Source of the DNA: Octopus sinensis
Taxonomy: Eukaryota
Assembly: GCF_006345805.1 (NCBI RefSeq)
Contig: NC_042998.1
Location: 124,620,001 to 124,684,000 of the forward strand
Direction of reading: 5' to 3'
DNA: 64,000 nucleotides
Below, piece by piece: positions 27,311 through 40,664 of the stretch. The position numbers and the translations under genes are program-made. The first letter of the stretch is position 1, and the number at the start of each line of letters is the position of its first letter. Under the pieces are notes generated by a model. That model made no database searches. It had not been told where the DNA came from and saw nothing but the letters and a program-made list of their open reading frames with translations.

Positions 27311-27480
27311 ATTCTTTTCACCTCTAGGCACAAGGCCCGAATTTTGGGGGGAGGGGGCCAGTCAATCAGATCGACCAAAGTATGTAACTGGTACTTATTT
27401 CATCGACCCCGAAAGGATGAAAGACAAAGTCGACATCGGCGGAACTTGAACTCAGAACGTAAAGACAGACGAAAGCAGTA
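27311..27480 (-). mobile_element. SINE family A (tail type 2), 5'-truncated
   Basis: Same body, but the tail reads aaattcgggccttgtgcctagaggtgaaaagaat. Confidence 0.85.
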
Positions 27481-27756
27481 CGAGGAATATTATTTTCTTA
27501 CGGTGTGAATGCATATTGGTAGAGGTGCATATGATTTTACCTTTCTGCACTTGCACAAAAACGGTATTGCGACCACTAGTTTAGCTTGGGATGTCATATT
27601 AGTTGTGTAGGTAGCCTTAGTTTCGTTACCCACACCAAATGAAATGAGCGATCAAATAATAAATGACCATCCCGAAATACAACAATATCTCGATTTCACA
27701 TCAAGAATCTTGCAAAAAATTGATAGAGACGTATGTATGTATGTATATATAATATA

Positions 27757-27824
<68 letters not shown>

Positions 27825-28097
27825 ATATATATATATATATTTATATGTGTGTGTGTGTGTATGTATGTATGTATATATATATCTATGTATGTATGAATAT
27901 ATGTATATATATATATATATATATACGCTACTACATACATCATATATTTTATATAATTAGTTGAAAGAAGATTAGAGATCTATACAAATCAAATTTTTAT
28001 ATATAAAAGATGGAGGGGGAAATAGCACAGAAGTCTAAGAAATTTCAATTTAAGAAGGAATTTAATAAAAAATATTAGTAAAAAATTGTATAAAGAA

Positions 28098-28137
28098 AAT
28101 ATTACCGGTTTCGATGCATCACATCTTATCAAATATC
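28098..28137 (-). ncRNA. Minimal type I hammerhead ribozyme, U3-A8 core variant
   Basis: Minus strand: GAUAU-UUGAUAA-GAUGU-gau-GCAUC-GAAA-CCGG-U-A-AUAUU. All helices pair, and stem III is the palindrome ACCGGU. Confidence 0.7.
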
Positions 28138-28139
28138 AG

Positions 28140-28480
28140 TAAAAATTTATAAAAATTTGAAGTAGAACAGCTTATCTTCTGTCTGGGAGTCAAGAACATG
28201 TCTGGAGATTTTTCGTTGATGTCTTCTTTAAATATAGTTTGGTATAGAGTTCGATTGTGAGAGAAGGGGTGTCTATTGTCTAAAAGAATTCTTTGTGCGT
28301 TCATGCCAAGGGAGTGACAAAAAGCATTTATTGAATGAGTTTTATATCCACCTATGTGTGTAAGTGTGTTTATTGTGTTCAATGTCCTTTTAGTATGTTT
28401 TGAAAAATGACCAGCTGTGTTGATGGTTGCGTATGTTGTGAAGAATGTCTTGTTGAGTTATTATTTTTCTTTGGGTTAGA
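28140..28480 (-). mobile_element. Penelope-like element 3' remnant (end of GIY-YIG domain)
   Basis: IRNHQHSWSF..HTYTHRWI*NSFNKCFLSL..PLLSQ resembles the PLE pattern RY.NH..SF..I.W.I..C.LCL.EK..LLN. The hammerhead lies immediately downstream. Confidence 0.5.
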
Positions 28481-28489
28481 TGTATTCTT

Positions 28490-28985
28490 TTGAGTGTCTC
28501 CATTTGTGTGTATGCGTGTGATCCCCATATGTGTGTATGTGTGTTCGTGTGTGTGAGTGTATGTGTGTTTGCGATGTTTTCTTTTGTGTATATGTGTGTG
28601 AGTGTATGTGTAGGTGCGTTTGTGCGCGTATGTGTTTGCGTGTTTCTGCGATATTTTTTTTTGTGTGTATGTGTTTGTGTGTGTTTGAACAGAGTTGTGC
28701 CGGTGTATGTGTGTGTATGTATTTGTGATGTTTTCTTTTGTTTGTGTGTGAGTGTATGTGTGGGTGTATTTTTGTGATGCTTTCTTTTGAGTGTATGTGT
28801 GTATATGTGTGCTCGTGCGTGTGTTTGTGTGAGTTTGTACGGAGTTGTGTGTGTGTGTTTGTGACGTTTTCTTTTGTATGAGTGTATGTGTTTATGTGTG
28901 TGCGTTTTTGTAATGTTTTCTTTTTTTGCTTATGTGTGTGCTTCTGTGCATGTTTGTGTGAGTATTTGTGTGTGTCTGCTGGCAT
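28490..28985. repeat. Degenerate GT-rich minisatellite with recurring tgatgttttcttttg motif
   Basis: The motif recurs several times (e.g. near 28572, 28725, 28775, 28862, 28912) inside a (GT)-derived matrix. Confidence 0.65.
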
Positions 28986-29344
28986 GTATAAATATTGGAA
29001 AAAAATTTAGGAAGTGACGGGAAGTATTTTTCAAAATAATAATATATAAAATTGTTTTTAAGTGTCTGTCATTATATATTGGTCGTGGTTGGGTCTATAT
29101 TTAATTGTAGTTTATACTTGTTGATAAATTGTCTTTCTATATTCAGTCTTTGTTGTTGTTTGAAGGAATCTGAACACTTGTGGAGAGGAAATATTTTGAA
29201 ATTTGGTAAAACCATTCCTGTACAGGTTGCAATGTGACTGCTTAAAGGAATTTTCCTTGTGCTTTTGTCTCGGATATGTATGCATATGTGTGTGTGTGTG
29301 TGCATTCGCGAGTGTGTGTATACACACACACACACCACCCACAT

Positions 29345-29402
<58 letters not shown>

Positions 29403-29404
<2 letters not shown>

Positions 29405-29609
29405 TGCAGCACGGACTTTGTCAGTGAACAGGTCGCGGATTTTAGCGACGAAAATATTTTGACAAATGAAACTTAAATGTTGAAGTGAAACGAACAGCTT
29501 TTGTGTGTTTTCTTAAATGGCTTATAAACAACCTTCCACGCTGCAATTGTTTTTCGTTTCAGCACACGATCTCAGATCAAATTACTTGCTATGCGAGTAC
29601 ACATCTCCG

Positions 29610-29612
<3 letters not shown>
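29403..29612 (+). mobile_element. About 210-bp non-coding element with a hammerhead fold, flanked on both sides by (TA)n
   Basis: Unique sequence between two (TA)n tracts; contains the fold at 29417-29466. Confidence 0.55.
29417..29466 (+). ncRNA. Minimal type I hammerhead ribozyme, G3-C8 core variant
   Basis: UUUGUCA-GUGAACA-G-GUCGC-ggauuuua-GCGAC-GAAA-AUAU-U-U-UGACAAA. Stem I is 7 bp, stem II is 5 bp, and stem III is the palindrome AAUAUU. Confidence 0.7.
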
Positions 29613-29659
<47 letters not shown>

Positions 29660-29693
29660 ATTAATACATTCCTGTCTGCAGTTCTGATGAAGC

Positions 29694-29728
<35 letters not shown>

Positions 29729-31039
29729 CATTCGAGGCTTTCTTCCAAGGAATCTAATGCGCTTGGCTTAGATTTTCCTTTGGGGCTGGCCAGATCGGAG
29801 CAATCTCAAGATTAATCAGCCGAAATTGCGAGGATGATCCGGTTCTTGACTGACGATTGAAGGCTTCGAATGTCCCGCCGTCCGTGTTTTTGTATCGTCT
29901 TCTAAATGTTTTGCGTTCTTGTCCCATTTTTTTTTTTTACACATACATATATTTATATATAATATATATATATATATATATAATATTATATATTAATATT
30001 ATATATTATATATTATATATTATATAATATATACTAGCTGGTGTACTCGGTAATTCTGGAGATAAAGATGTTTTATTTAAACGCCTTACTACTCTGATGT
30101 AAGAAAGCAATCTCGTTATAACTGCCACAAAAGGTATATTTTCCGTCACAAAAAAGTACAAAAAAAACTGTCGGCTGGAGGAGAAAGAGATTGTTGGAGA
30201 TTGGCGAGAGAGGTTTTCGGAGGTTGGCGAGAAAGATTGACGGAGGTTCGTGACAGAGGTTATATAAAAATATGAATGAAGTGTTTGAAGAAAGTGCAAT
30301 AATAACGTTCACACTCACTGATGGTCGCCCTCAGTAACTGCCATTAGCTTACGGAATTCTTGTTTTTATAACTATCAAAATGCAGCCGGAAGGATGGAGG
30401 ATAGACATATTGTTGAGAGTAAATGATTTCGTTGGAGGTCTGTTATCTCCATTCCAGCCAATGGTGGCCTAGAAGGGTCAAGTGGTAAAGACATTATTCT
30501 GTTTAGCGAAGGCAGCGGGGAAATGTATAACTGCTGTCATTCACAGTAAAGCTATTGGTTTACCGTGAGAAAAGCGCTGTTGAAGTGTTAAGTAAAATTT
30601 GACAATCGAAGATCGAATCTACGCTATGCCGCATGAAGCCACTGCAAATACGTTGTAGAATAAAAACATTCATCTACTGCCATGGAAAAAGTGTAACTGT
30701 AAAAATGCAGAATTATCGGGGCAATGGGTATTCAAAAAAGTATGTATGTATACAAATGTATGAATGAAGTCTTTAAGGTTTAAGATTCAGATTAAGGAAG
30801 TGCAATAATAATGTCTAGCATTTCAAAACTCTGAGTAGTGAAATGCAGAATTAAGTTGGCTGATTGTGAGAATCAAATATTGATCGCTTCGCTACTAACT
30901 GCAATTGGTATGGGTTATTTCCCTTGGGTTGTTTAAATAAAATATTAGTAATATGTAGTAGATAGAAGGATCCATTGGAGGAGCTCAATTATCGATCTTT
31001 TCACCAATCTAAGTATGTCACGAGATTTCCAGACATGAG

Positions 31040-31686
<647 letters not shown>

Positions 31687-33856
31687 ATTGCAGTATGTAC
31701 AATTGAGTATTTCTTCCTCTTTTTGACAAGCACAGAATTTCATGATTACTTGTTAAAAATCTTTCTAACAAAACAAAGTAAACCAATGATTAAAAATACG
31801 AATGTAAATTTATAATCAAGATAGGGAAGCCTGGCTTTCAAAGCTATTATCCATTAAATAACTCTTTCACAAAAATTTGAAGAAATTATCATAAGAAATT
31901 ATCATATCTGATTTTTCAACTCTGTAACAAAACAGCACATAGCACGATGGATGTTTTGTATTTGCAATCCGCCATTAGGTCTTGTATTAATGTGTAATAA
32001 TGTCAAGATATTCAGTATATATTACATTTATCCGAGGTTGCAGTTCTGCCACTAACGGCAAAACTTAAAAGTAGTTTTTCGCAACAACTCAATACTACAT
32101 AGAAAGGAACAATTTTCGTGAAATTTTATAGGAAATATTGATTACATGTGATCTGTTTTCAATAAATAGTTTTTTTTTTCATATAATCATGGTCGCATCA
32201 TGAGCTTTTCAATGATTCGGTACAGATTTTGTAGCAACCTTTTAGATATAACATGATGTAACAGACACTAGTCAAAGTGTTCATTTTAAATTTTGTCGAT
32301 ATTGGCATAACAGTATTTATACTCGAAGTCGTCGAGGAGCCGAGGCAGAAAATAAGGACATGATCATGTTGAAACTGAGGAGAAAATTATTTGTGATTAA
32401 AAATACGGCTGGAATCAGGAAGAATAACCCATTACCTTCCGGCTCGGTAAATCCGCGACTTATGCAATCACAATAACATAACTGCACCTTACACATTACA
32501 TTCTATCATTCTGCATTCATCCCCACCATTGAACACCCCATATATGCATTCTTATCAAACACAAGACATACACTATTCTATAAATTTATATATTCACATA
32601 GAATTAACATACCGCACACTCTGGCAAATGGTCACTACACGTCAAGTGAACGCCAATGTAATAATTGTTTAATTGTAGGTCATGTTTGATCGAGCATTCA
32701 CGTCACGTAGATTCTTTTGCTTACCATTCCCAGTGAATGATAGTTATCATCTTGCCTTAGAAAACTCCAACACACATGCATACAGACAGACGTGCGTGGA
32801 CACACACACAGCACATGTATTATTCCAGTAGGTTCAAAAGGAAGCTATAAAGTACCGAAATATATGCCCAAGAGTTGAAAAATATTTAATCCGTTATCGT
32901 TTTGTCTTTAACTGAGTGCATATATGTATATTATTGTCTGTCTATATGTATGCATGTTTTATATGAACATATATATTTATACATACATTTATGTGTATAC
33001 ACTTTTATGGGTATATATATGTATATGTGTGTGTGTGTGTGCGTGTGAATTGGAAGGTGTATCTTCTTAACAGTTCCTAACACTGTATCCATGTAAATTT
33101 CTAACCCTCCCTCCTAATAATGCAAACATTACTAAATATATATTTTCAACACGTCCCCTTTTAACCTTTAGATATAGCATTTTTATTCATTGTGACCATT
33201 GCGTGTATGTGTACGTGTGCATTGTGTGTGTGTGTGTGTGTGGTGTGTGTGTGTGTGTGTACGTGTGTGTGTGTGTGTGTGTTTGTGTGTGCATGCGTGT
33301 ATGTTGAATGCATATGTGCGTGTATACAGATGCTAATTTTGCGTTTGGTTTTTGTATGTGAATGTGTGGTGCGTGCGTACGTTTATGGATTATTGTGTCC
33401 GCGTGTATACGTCTATGAGTGCACGTAAACGCATGCGTATCTGTATATGTATAATATATATGCGCGCACATTACATGTGCTATATAATATTTATGCATGT
33501 ATGCATTACTTGTATGCGTGGATATGTGTTTGACTATGTATTTGTATATGCGTATTTGTTTATACATGTGTCTACGATCGTGTGAAAGAGTATGTATACA
33601 TATAGGTGCATATAGTGCATACATATACGTGTATATATATATATAATATATATATATATATATCGTATTTTATAAGCTTTTATTTGCGTGTGTGTGTGTA
33701 TTTGCGTGTGTGCGTGCATGTATGTACATATATGTGTACATATATGTGACCTTTCGATCTTGCAATACGCTATAAAGTAACTCTACCTAAATGTTTTCCT
33801 TAGTCTCTGATGTGCCATAGGTAAAACAGTATTTGGATTACACACACACACACAAT

Positions 33857-33913
<57 letters not shown>

Positions 33914-34073
33914 CGTGGATAATCATACATACACACATACATACACACATACACACATACATGCATACATACATACATGCATATATGCATACATACATAC
34001 ATACATACATACATACATACATACATACATACATAATACATACATACATACATGCATATATGCATACATACAG

Positions 34074-34444
34074 TGGAAGCACTCCGTCGGTTACGACGAC
34101 GAGGGTTCCGGTTGATCCGAATCAACGAAACAGCCTGCTCGTGAAATTAACGTGTAAGTGGCTGAGCACTCCACAGACACGTGTACCCTTAACGTAGTTC
34201 TCGGGGATATTCAGCGTGACACAGAGAGTGACAAGGCCTTTGAAATACAGGTACAACAGAAACAGGAAGTAAGAGTGAGAGAAAGTTGTGGTGAAAAAGT
34301 ACAGCAGGGATCAGCACCATCCCCTGCCAGACCCTCGTGGAGCTTTTAGGTGTTTTCGCTCAATAAACACTCACAACGCCCGGTCTGGGAATCGAAACCG
34401 CGATCCTATGACCGCGAGTCCGCTGCCCTAACCATTGCGCCTCC
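34074..34444 (-). mobile_element. tRNA-derived SINE family C embedded in (CATA)n
   Basis: Minus-strand head with B-box ggtttcgattccc; the body ends in gtcgtcgtaaccgacggagtgcttcc; (CATA)n lies on both sides. Confidence 0.8.
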
Positions 34445-35549
34445 ACATACATACATACATACATACATACATACATACATACATACATACATACATACAT
34501 ACATACATGCATACGACTCTGGGCATAATGTCATTGGGCTGGCTGGCAAAATTACAACCACCTAACAACGACTAATGACGTCATCCTGTGATACCATGTA
34601 GGAAAGATGACATCATCAGGGCTTTAATAAACAGCACTGTTTTATTGGTCTACAATTCTGAGTGCAACTTTCCGTTATAAATAGCAAAGAGCAACACAAC
34701 CAATATAAGTGCATTATTATAGTTGTTATCCTTCCCAAATTTTAAATAAGTTTCAGTAAAGAACCTGATAGAGTTATTTGTTCGTATGTGTTCCCGTGTA
34801 TGTACATGTATGTGTGAGTGTGTGTGAGTGTGTGTGTAAGTGCGTGCGTGTGTGTGAGTGCATGTATTTCCGTTTTGGATGCGTCTTATGTATGTGTCGT
34901 TGTTTTGTGGGAATTCAACAAATTCTGGATTAACATCTTTTTCTCAACATATAATTTTGAAAATGTATTTCAAAAAGGAAAAAGAAAAACTACTACTAAG
35001 AAATAGAAAAGATTACACGTCAGTAAGCCTTAACAAGCAACATTCTGATGAAGAATTATCTCGTGCTCCACGTAAAATACGTTAGTCTTAAATACCGTTT
35101 CAACGTGCTTTTCCTCTAATAAGAATTTCACTCAAATTATATATATGGAGGTTCGATTTATCGAACAGTGGCAATTAGCGTTCGTACTGGTCACAAAGAT
35201 AGTGTAAAATCGTAATGCTTCAACAACTACCTCATTATAAGAAACACTAATTGTTTTTCTCCGCGTAACTAGCAATTCTATCAAAACCGATTTGCTATAA
35301 GTTAGCATTCCTACTATATTTTGAGAGTAATTATTTCGTCTGAATTTAGATTAAAACTTATCAAGACGACTACGAGAGGATGTAAAGGCGCGCGGTTTCA
35401 TTGATGAATTTTAGTAGATATTATTCGTGGCAATGCAGCGAGCATAATTTCCAGTCACACCAATTCTATTGGCGAATGAACTGGTATGATATTATTTTTT
35501 TTTATTTTATACGAACTTACATTATATGCGAACTGTAAATATATAGATA

Positions 35550-35968
35550 GCTATTTCTTTACTACCCACAAGGCGCTAAACACACAGAGGACAAACAAGG
35601 ACAGACAAACGGATTAAGTCGATTATATCGACGCCAGTGCGTAACTGGTACTTGATTTATCGACCCCGAAAGGATGAAAGGCAAAGTCGACCACGGCGGA
35701 ATTTGAACTCGGAACGTAACGGCATACGAAATACCTATTTCTTTACTACCCACAGGGGGCTAAACACACAGAGGACAAACAAGGACAGACAAATGGATTA
35801 AGTCGATTATATCGACGCCAGTGCGTAACTGGTACTTAATTTATCGACCCCCAAAGGATGAAAGGCAAAGTCGACCTCGGCGGAATTTGAATTCAGAACA
35901 TAGCGGCAGACGAAATACGGCTACGCATTTCGCCCTGCGTGCTAACGTTTCTGCCAGCTCGCCGCCTT
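35550..35968 (-). mobile_element. SINE family A tandem dimer (one head, two bodies) with 19-bp TSD aactgtaaatatatagata (35531-35549 and 35969-35987)
   Basis: Direct reading; internal junction gaaatag|gtatttcg at 35734/35735. Confidence 0.92.
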
Positions 35969-36274
35969 AACTGTAAATATATAGATACCAGCCGAATGTA
36001 AGTCATCATGAATAACTTAACACGGTAATATAGGTGAATAGTAAAAGGTGGAAACAGTCCCAATAACGTCAATGATTCTTTTTACTCGTTTCAGCCATGT
36101 AGTTGCGGTCATGCTAGAGCACTACCATGGATAAAATTAGAGTAAAGTTTAAAATAAAATTTACTTTCAATGGATGACAATTTGCAGAGTAGCAATATTG
36201 AGATTATGTGGGAATATTTGCGCGCGTGTGTGTGTATGTGTGTGTGTGCGTGTGGGTGGGGTCCGTGCGTAAAT

Positions 36275-36928
36275 TAACTGGTGCATGTAAGATTGACTTG
36301 CTGCCTTAAGCCCTAACTTGAACAGCAATTAAAAGCAGGGATGTTATAGCTACCTATTGACGATAGGCTGTAGGCAGTTTATGTATTGGGCAGACACATG
36401 CATAATAAGATAAACGAACAAATAGACAAAACAACTGGTATCATGTTAGATTTTTCTGTCTTTAAACATGATGGTTAATTTGACACGTAAATATAAATCA
36501 TAAGGAGAAAGGAAGTAATTGAGTCCGCAGAAATTCTGTTACATCTGCTTCAAGAACAGATGTGTAGATGGTACATCTTATGGAAAACAAGGTAGTTTAC
36601 CATATGTATCAACGAGCTATTCAATCGTTGGAAAGATAATGAGATACAACAGCGATCTATTCATATGCAGACTTAATTAATTACTTCCTTTCTTTTTATG
36701 ATCGATACTGATGTGACAAATTAACCATCATATTTAAAGACGTAAAAAAAAATCTAACACGATACCTGTTATTTTATCTATTTATTCGTTTATCCTATTA
36801 TACATGTGTTTGCTAAATTGATAAACTACCTATATACCATCGTCAACAGGCAGCTATAACATCCCTGCTTTTAATTGCTGTTCAAATTAGGGTTTAAGGC
36901 AGCAAGTTAATCTTGCATGCACCTGTTA
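36275..36928. mobile_element. Fold-back/MITE-like element with about 250-bp degenerate inverted arms
   Basis: 36275 to about 36530 is the approximate reverse complement of about 36660-36928 (taactggtgcatgtaagattgacttgctgcc versus ggcagcaagttaatcttgcatgcacctgtta); TA at both ends. Confidence 0.8.
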
Positions 36929-37849
36929 CTATTTCATTCGCGTGTCAGTTCTTGAAACAGCTGTAGGAGGCTTTCTGCATATATCACTTCCTTTTTATCT
37001 ATGCTCATGTAACAATTGAATTATTATGTTTAAAGATATAAATGTCATAATCTAGCACGATACCAATTCTTTTGCCTTTTTATACTTTTATCCTATGATG
37101 CACACACCCACATACACACATATGCTTTGAGTTCTATTTCCCTATTTGTATTAATAAAACCTTTCTGTCTCTCTCTCTCTCTCTCTCTCTCTACCCCTCG
37201 CTCCCTCTCTCCCTCTCAGTGTGTGTGTGTCTCTCTCTGTCTGTTTCTCTCTCACTCTCACTCTCTGATAAAAAACCGAGACTTGAACGGAAAATAAAAG
37301 TAAAAAGAGAGAAAGAAGGAAAAGTATAGGAAGTAAACAGTGACACAGTTTATGAATTTGTCGAAACAAATCCGCCATTCGATAAAAGTATACTGTAACT
37401 TAGAACGTGTAGATTCTAATATTTAATATTTTTTGTATAAATGAGAAAGGTAAAGGACAAGCAATCTGTACCAGAATATATTTGCAGACGGTTCTAGTTG
37501 TGAACTGTTATGAAGTGTTATTATAGTAATAATAATTATTAGCAGTGTATCAATTATATCAGCACAAAAGAAGCTGGTGGTTGCATAAATTATTATTAGA
37601 GAAGGTAAAATTTTAGTTGTTAGTGAATGAAAATATTCAAAAATACATATTCTAAAATATACACCTGGTTCGCTGTAGTCAACAAGTAAATAGCATAATG
37701 AATAAGATATGAATAAGATGGATAAGCTGCATGGTGATACTCTTGAATAAGTGAGAATGTGGTGAATTTGTTAAAGCTATAAATTAGTACTTGTCTAAGT
37801 GAGAGAAAAAAGTTGCTAGTTTGTTTGAATGACTTTGAAATATGTAAAA

Positions 37850-39560
37850 AAAATGTCAGTGTATTACAGAAGGCGATGGCAATGAATATAGAAAATTTGA
37901 TATAAATAATAGAAAGGTATACTCGGATGTTATCTTAGAGATATTTAATTACTTTTGATATTTCAAGATAAAAATGTTATATATAAATTACCTGTCAGTT
38001 GGATACGTAGCTCTTGTCTATGGATTGCGTAACTAGCCTATGATGGTAACTTGCCTATGATAGAGTCCGGAATGAATTACTTAAGTGGAACTTGAAAGCA
38101 TTAGCACTAAAACCAGCGTATGTTTTATTGGAGATGTTGCTTTGTATATACCAGTTATACACAATGTGTAATTTGCCCGTATTTGACGGTTTAGTAGTTT
38201 CTTACGTATATCAAGTGTTCTTTTTTAGTCCACTTTCAGAAGGGTATAATTTTAGTGTTCGGAAAACTAATTATTAATTTGTTGGTTGACGGAGTGGTTA
38301 GGCAGTCTAAAGGAAATATTTTTGACTAAATTATTAATTGTATTCATCAAGCGCTTAGACCGTTTGTGGATATAGTTCATTAGATTGACGATATATGTAG
38401 TAAAACTATTTGCTTACCTTTTAAAATTTATCTAAAATGTGTGCAATACTAAGTTTTGTATCGAGAGAGCTAAGAAGTGCGAAACTTTTGAAAATAGGTA
38501 TACATTTTACCAAGACCTATCATCAAATCTATTTTAATAAATGCCTACGTCATTAATTTTACATATATAAATTGTATAATTGCATAATGGTTATCATGAA
38601 TGTAGGCGAATTGATTTTCATTATAGATGATAAGGAGAAATAGAGAAGGTCGGTATTTTCAACCAAATTTTGCTTACAGTAAAGCGAGTATTAGATTGCT
38701 TTTTAATGCATGTGAAAATGTGTAAAGTTGCTACAGTTCTACGTGACTATAATATTATCATGTTTATTTCAGAAACATTAATATCGGTAACTGATTTAGC
38801 AAAAGCTAAGGCGCTGATGATTAGCGATCGGTAGTGGAACGTTATAGTCTTGTCATATCAAATAGTGGAAAATTGCTGTTAGATTTATAACTTGTATCAA
38901 CTAATTACGACTTGTGTGTTGTTTCATTGATATAAATATAATATCTCCTAAATGTTAGGAATAAATTTATATAATGTATATAAGCTAATTATCTCTCTGT
39001 CTGATTTCGCTGAGTTAAGGTAATAGAGTCATTGGGATGCAAGTTCATTTTATGATCCTTAAAATAAAGAAGGATTTCCTAAGGGCTTAGACCTATTATC
39101 ACGCTTCAGTTCAGTGATAACTATTGGACTTCAATGAGAGCTTTGTTTAAGGTATTCCGGTGTGTTTTGATATCAGCAATTGTAACTGATATGGGGAAGA
39201 AATTAATGGTATTTAGTACTATCTGTTTTATCTCATCGTTTCGTTTCCAGGTTTCTGATTTCCTTTGGTTTGGGATTTAATTCAGGCAGGAAATTTGACC
39301 TTTTCAATTAATTTGAAACGAGAAGAGGAATTTGTTCTATGGAAGATATTTGGGGGATTTGAATCAAATTAAAATTGATGTTCTGATTTTTCTTTAATCA
39401 GAAAAGTCTTTCCTCTGCATTGAAATTTCGATAATGCTTGCAGTTATTTTAAAAAGAGACGTATATTTGAATGGCGATGATTTTTGGTGGAAATATCAAG
39501 ATGATATATTGTAAACACAGAAGTTTTTAAAGGGTTTCACAAGGAGATTAATTTTTAGCC
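37850..39560 (-). mobile_element. Highly decayed Penelope-like element (Penelope/Poseidon-like RT plus GIY-YIG)
   Basis: Minus-strand motifs in the correct order: ILKDHKMN (about 39050), ALAFAKSVTDINVSEINMII (about 38780), GIYKAT/KTYAGFSANAFKF (about 38110). Boundaries are approximate. Confidence 0.7.
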
Positions 39561-39804
39561 ATGGTTGTTTATTTAAGCAAGTAATTCTGAAACTTAAATT
39601 AAGTACTCAATGTGGTTAAAACAGGGTATTAGGTAATACTTAATTACACTTTACAATTCGCAATATTGTTTTGGTGACATGATCTCGATAGCCTTGAAGG
39701 ATTAAATGTGTGTGCGTGTGTGTTCGTGTGTGTGTGTGTGCGTGTGTGTGTCTGTGTGTTTGTGTGCGTGTCGAACAAGAGTAAACGATATCATAAAAGA
39801 AACA

Positions 39805-39955
39805 GATGATGATGAAGAAGAAGAAGAAGAAGAAGAAGAAGAAGAAGAAGAAGAAGAAGAAGAAGAAGAAGAAGAAGAAGAAGAAGAAGAAGAAGAATAA
39901 GAAGAAAAAGAAGAAGAAGAAGAAGAAGGAGAAGGAGAAGTAGAAGAAGAAGATG
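39805..39955. repeat. (GAA)n microsatellite
   Basis: Direct reading. Confidence 0.97.
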
Positions 39956-40087
39956 CCAGATACATCGTCCTGTGTTCTTTGTAGAGTGATACAACTCGAT
40001 GGAGCTGATTGGTTTACAAACAAGACCAATTGATAACCTATAGGATATAATGTCACTACATTAATGTTGATAATCTATGGAGGTGTG

Positions 40088-40494
40088 TAAGGCGGTGAAC
40101 TGGCAGAATCGTTAGCACGCCGGGCGAAAAGCATAGCCGTATTTCGTCTGCCTTTACGTTCTGAATTCAAATTCCGACGAGGTCGACTTTGCCTTTCATC
40201 CTTTCGGGGTCGATTAAATAAGTACCAGTTACGCACTGGGATCGATATAATCAACCTAATTCGTTTGTCTGTTCTTGTTTGTCCTCTCTGTGTTTAGCTC
40301 CTTGTGAGTAGTAAAGAAATAAGTATTTCGTCTGCCGCTACGTTCTGAGTTCAAATTCCGCCGAGGTAGACTTTGCCTTTCATCCTTTCGGGGTTGATTA
40401 AATAAGTACCTGTTGCGTACTGAGGTCGATATAATCGACTGGCCCCCCTTCCCCCCACAAAAATTCGGGCCTTGTGTCTAGAGTAGAAAAGATT
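40088..40494 (+). mobile_element. SINE family A heterodimer (tail-1 monomer followed by a head-less tail-2 monomer)
   Basis: Junction gtaaagaaataa|gtatttcgtctgccg at 40322/40323; the second monomer ends in aattcgggccttgtgtctagagtagaaaagatt. Confidence 0.9.
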
Positions 40495-40664
40495 CAATGT
40501 AAATGTGTGTGTTGGTTAAACAACAGAAGAAAGAGATTATCAGAGTTAAACTGGTCGTCAGGTGACTAGAGATGATCATAGTAGATAAAAGTGAAATAAA
40601 CTTGTTTCCAACTAGCATTTGGGGTGAGTTATTAGAGCTTAGTCTTTCGCAAATATACAATAAC

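Noticed and set aside
29730-29930. (TA)n-flanked element with CUGACGA and CUCAAGA..GAAA hammerhead-like words
   Set aside because: Stems I and III and the GAAA cannot be assembled into a valid fold in this copy.
30030-30270. Segment starting tactagc after (TA)n, resembling a Helentron/HINE end
   Set aside because: No clear subterminal inverted repeats or 3' hairpin could be identified.
35045-35085. ctgatgaag..gctccacgtaa hammerhead-like string
   Set aside because: GAAA is missing and stems do not pair. Similar weak strings at 25975, 33805 and 61268 were also rejected.
35550-35968. Tandem repeats that might be read as a CRISPR-like array
   Set aside because: These are SINE monomers with no repeat-spacer structure; the sequence is eukaryotic.
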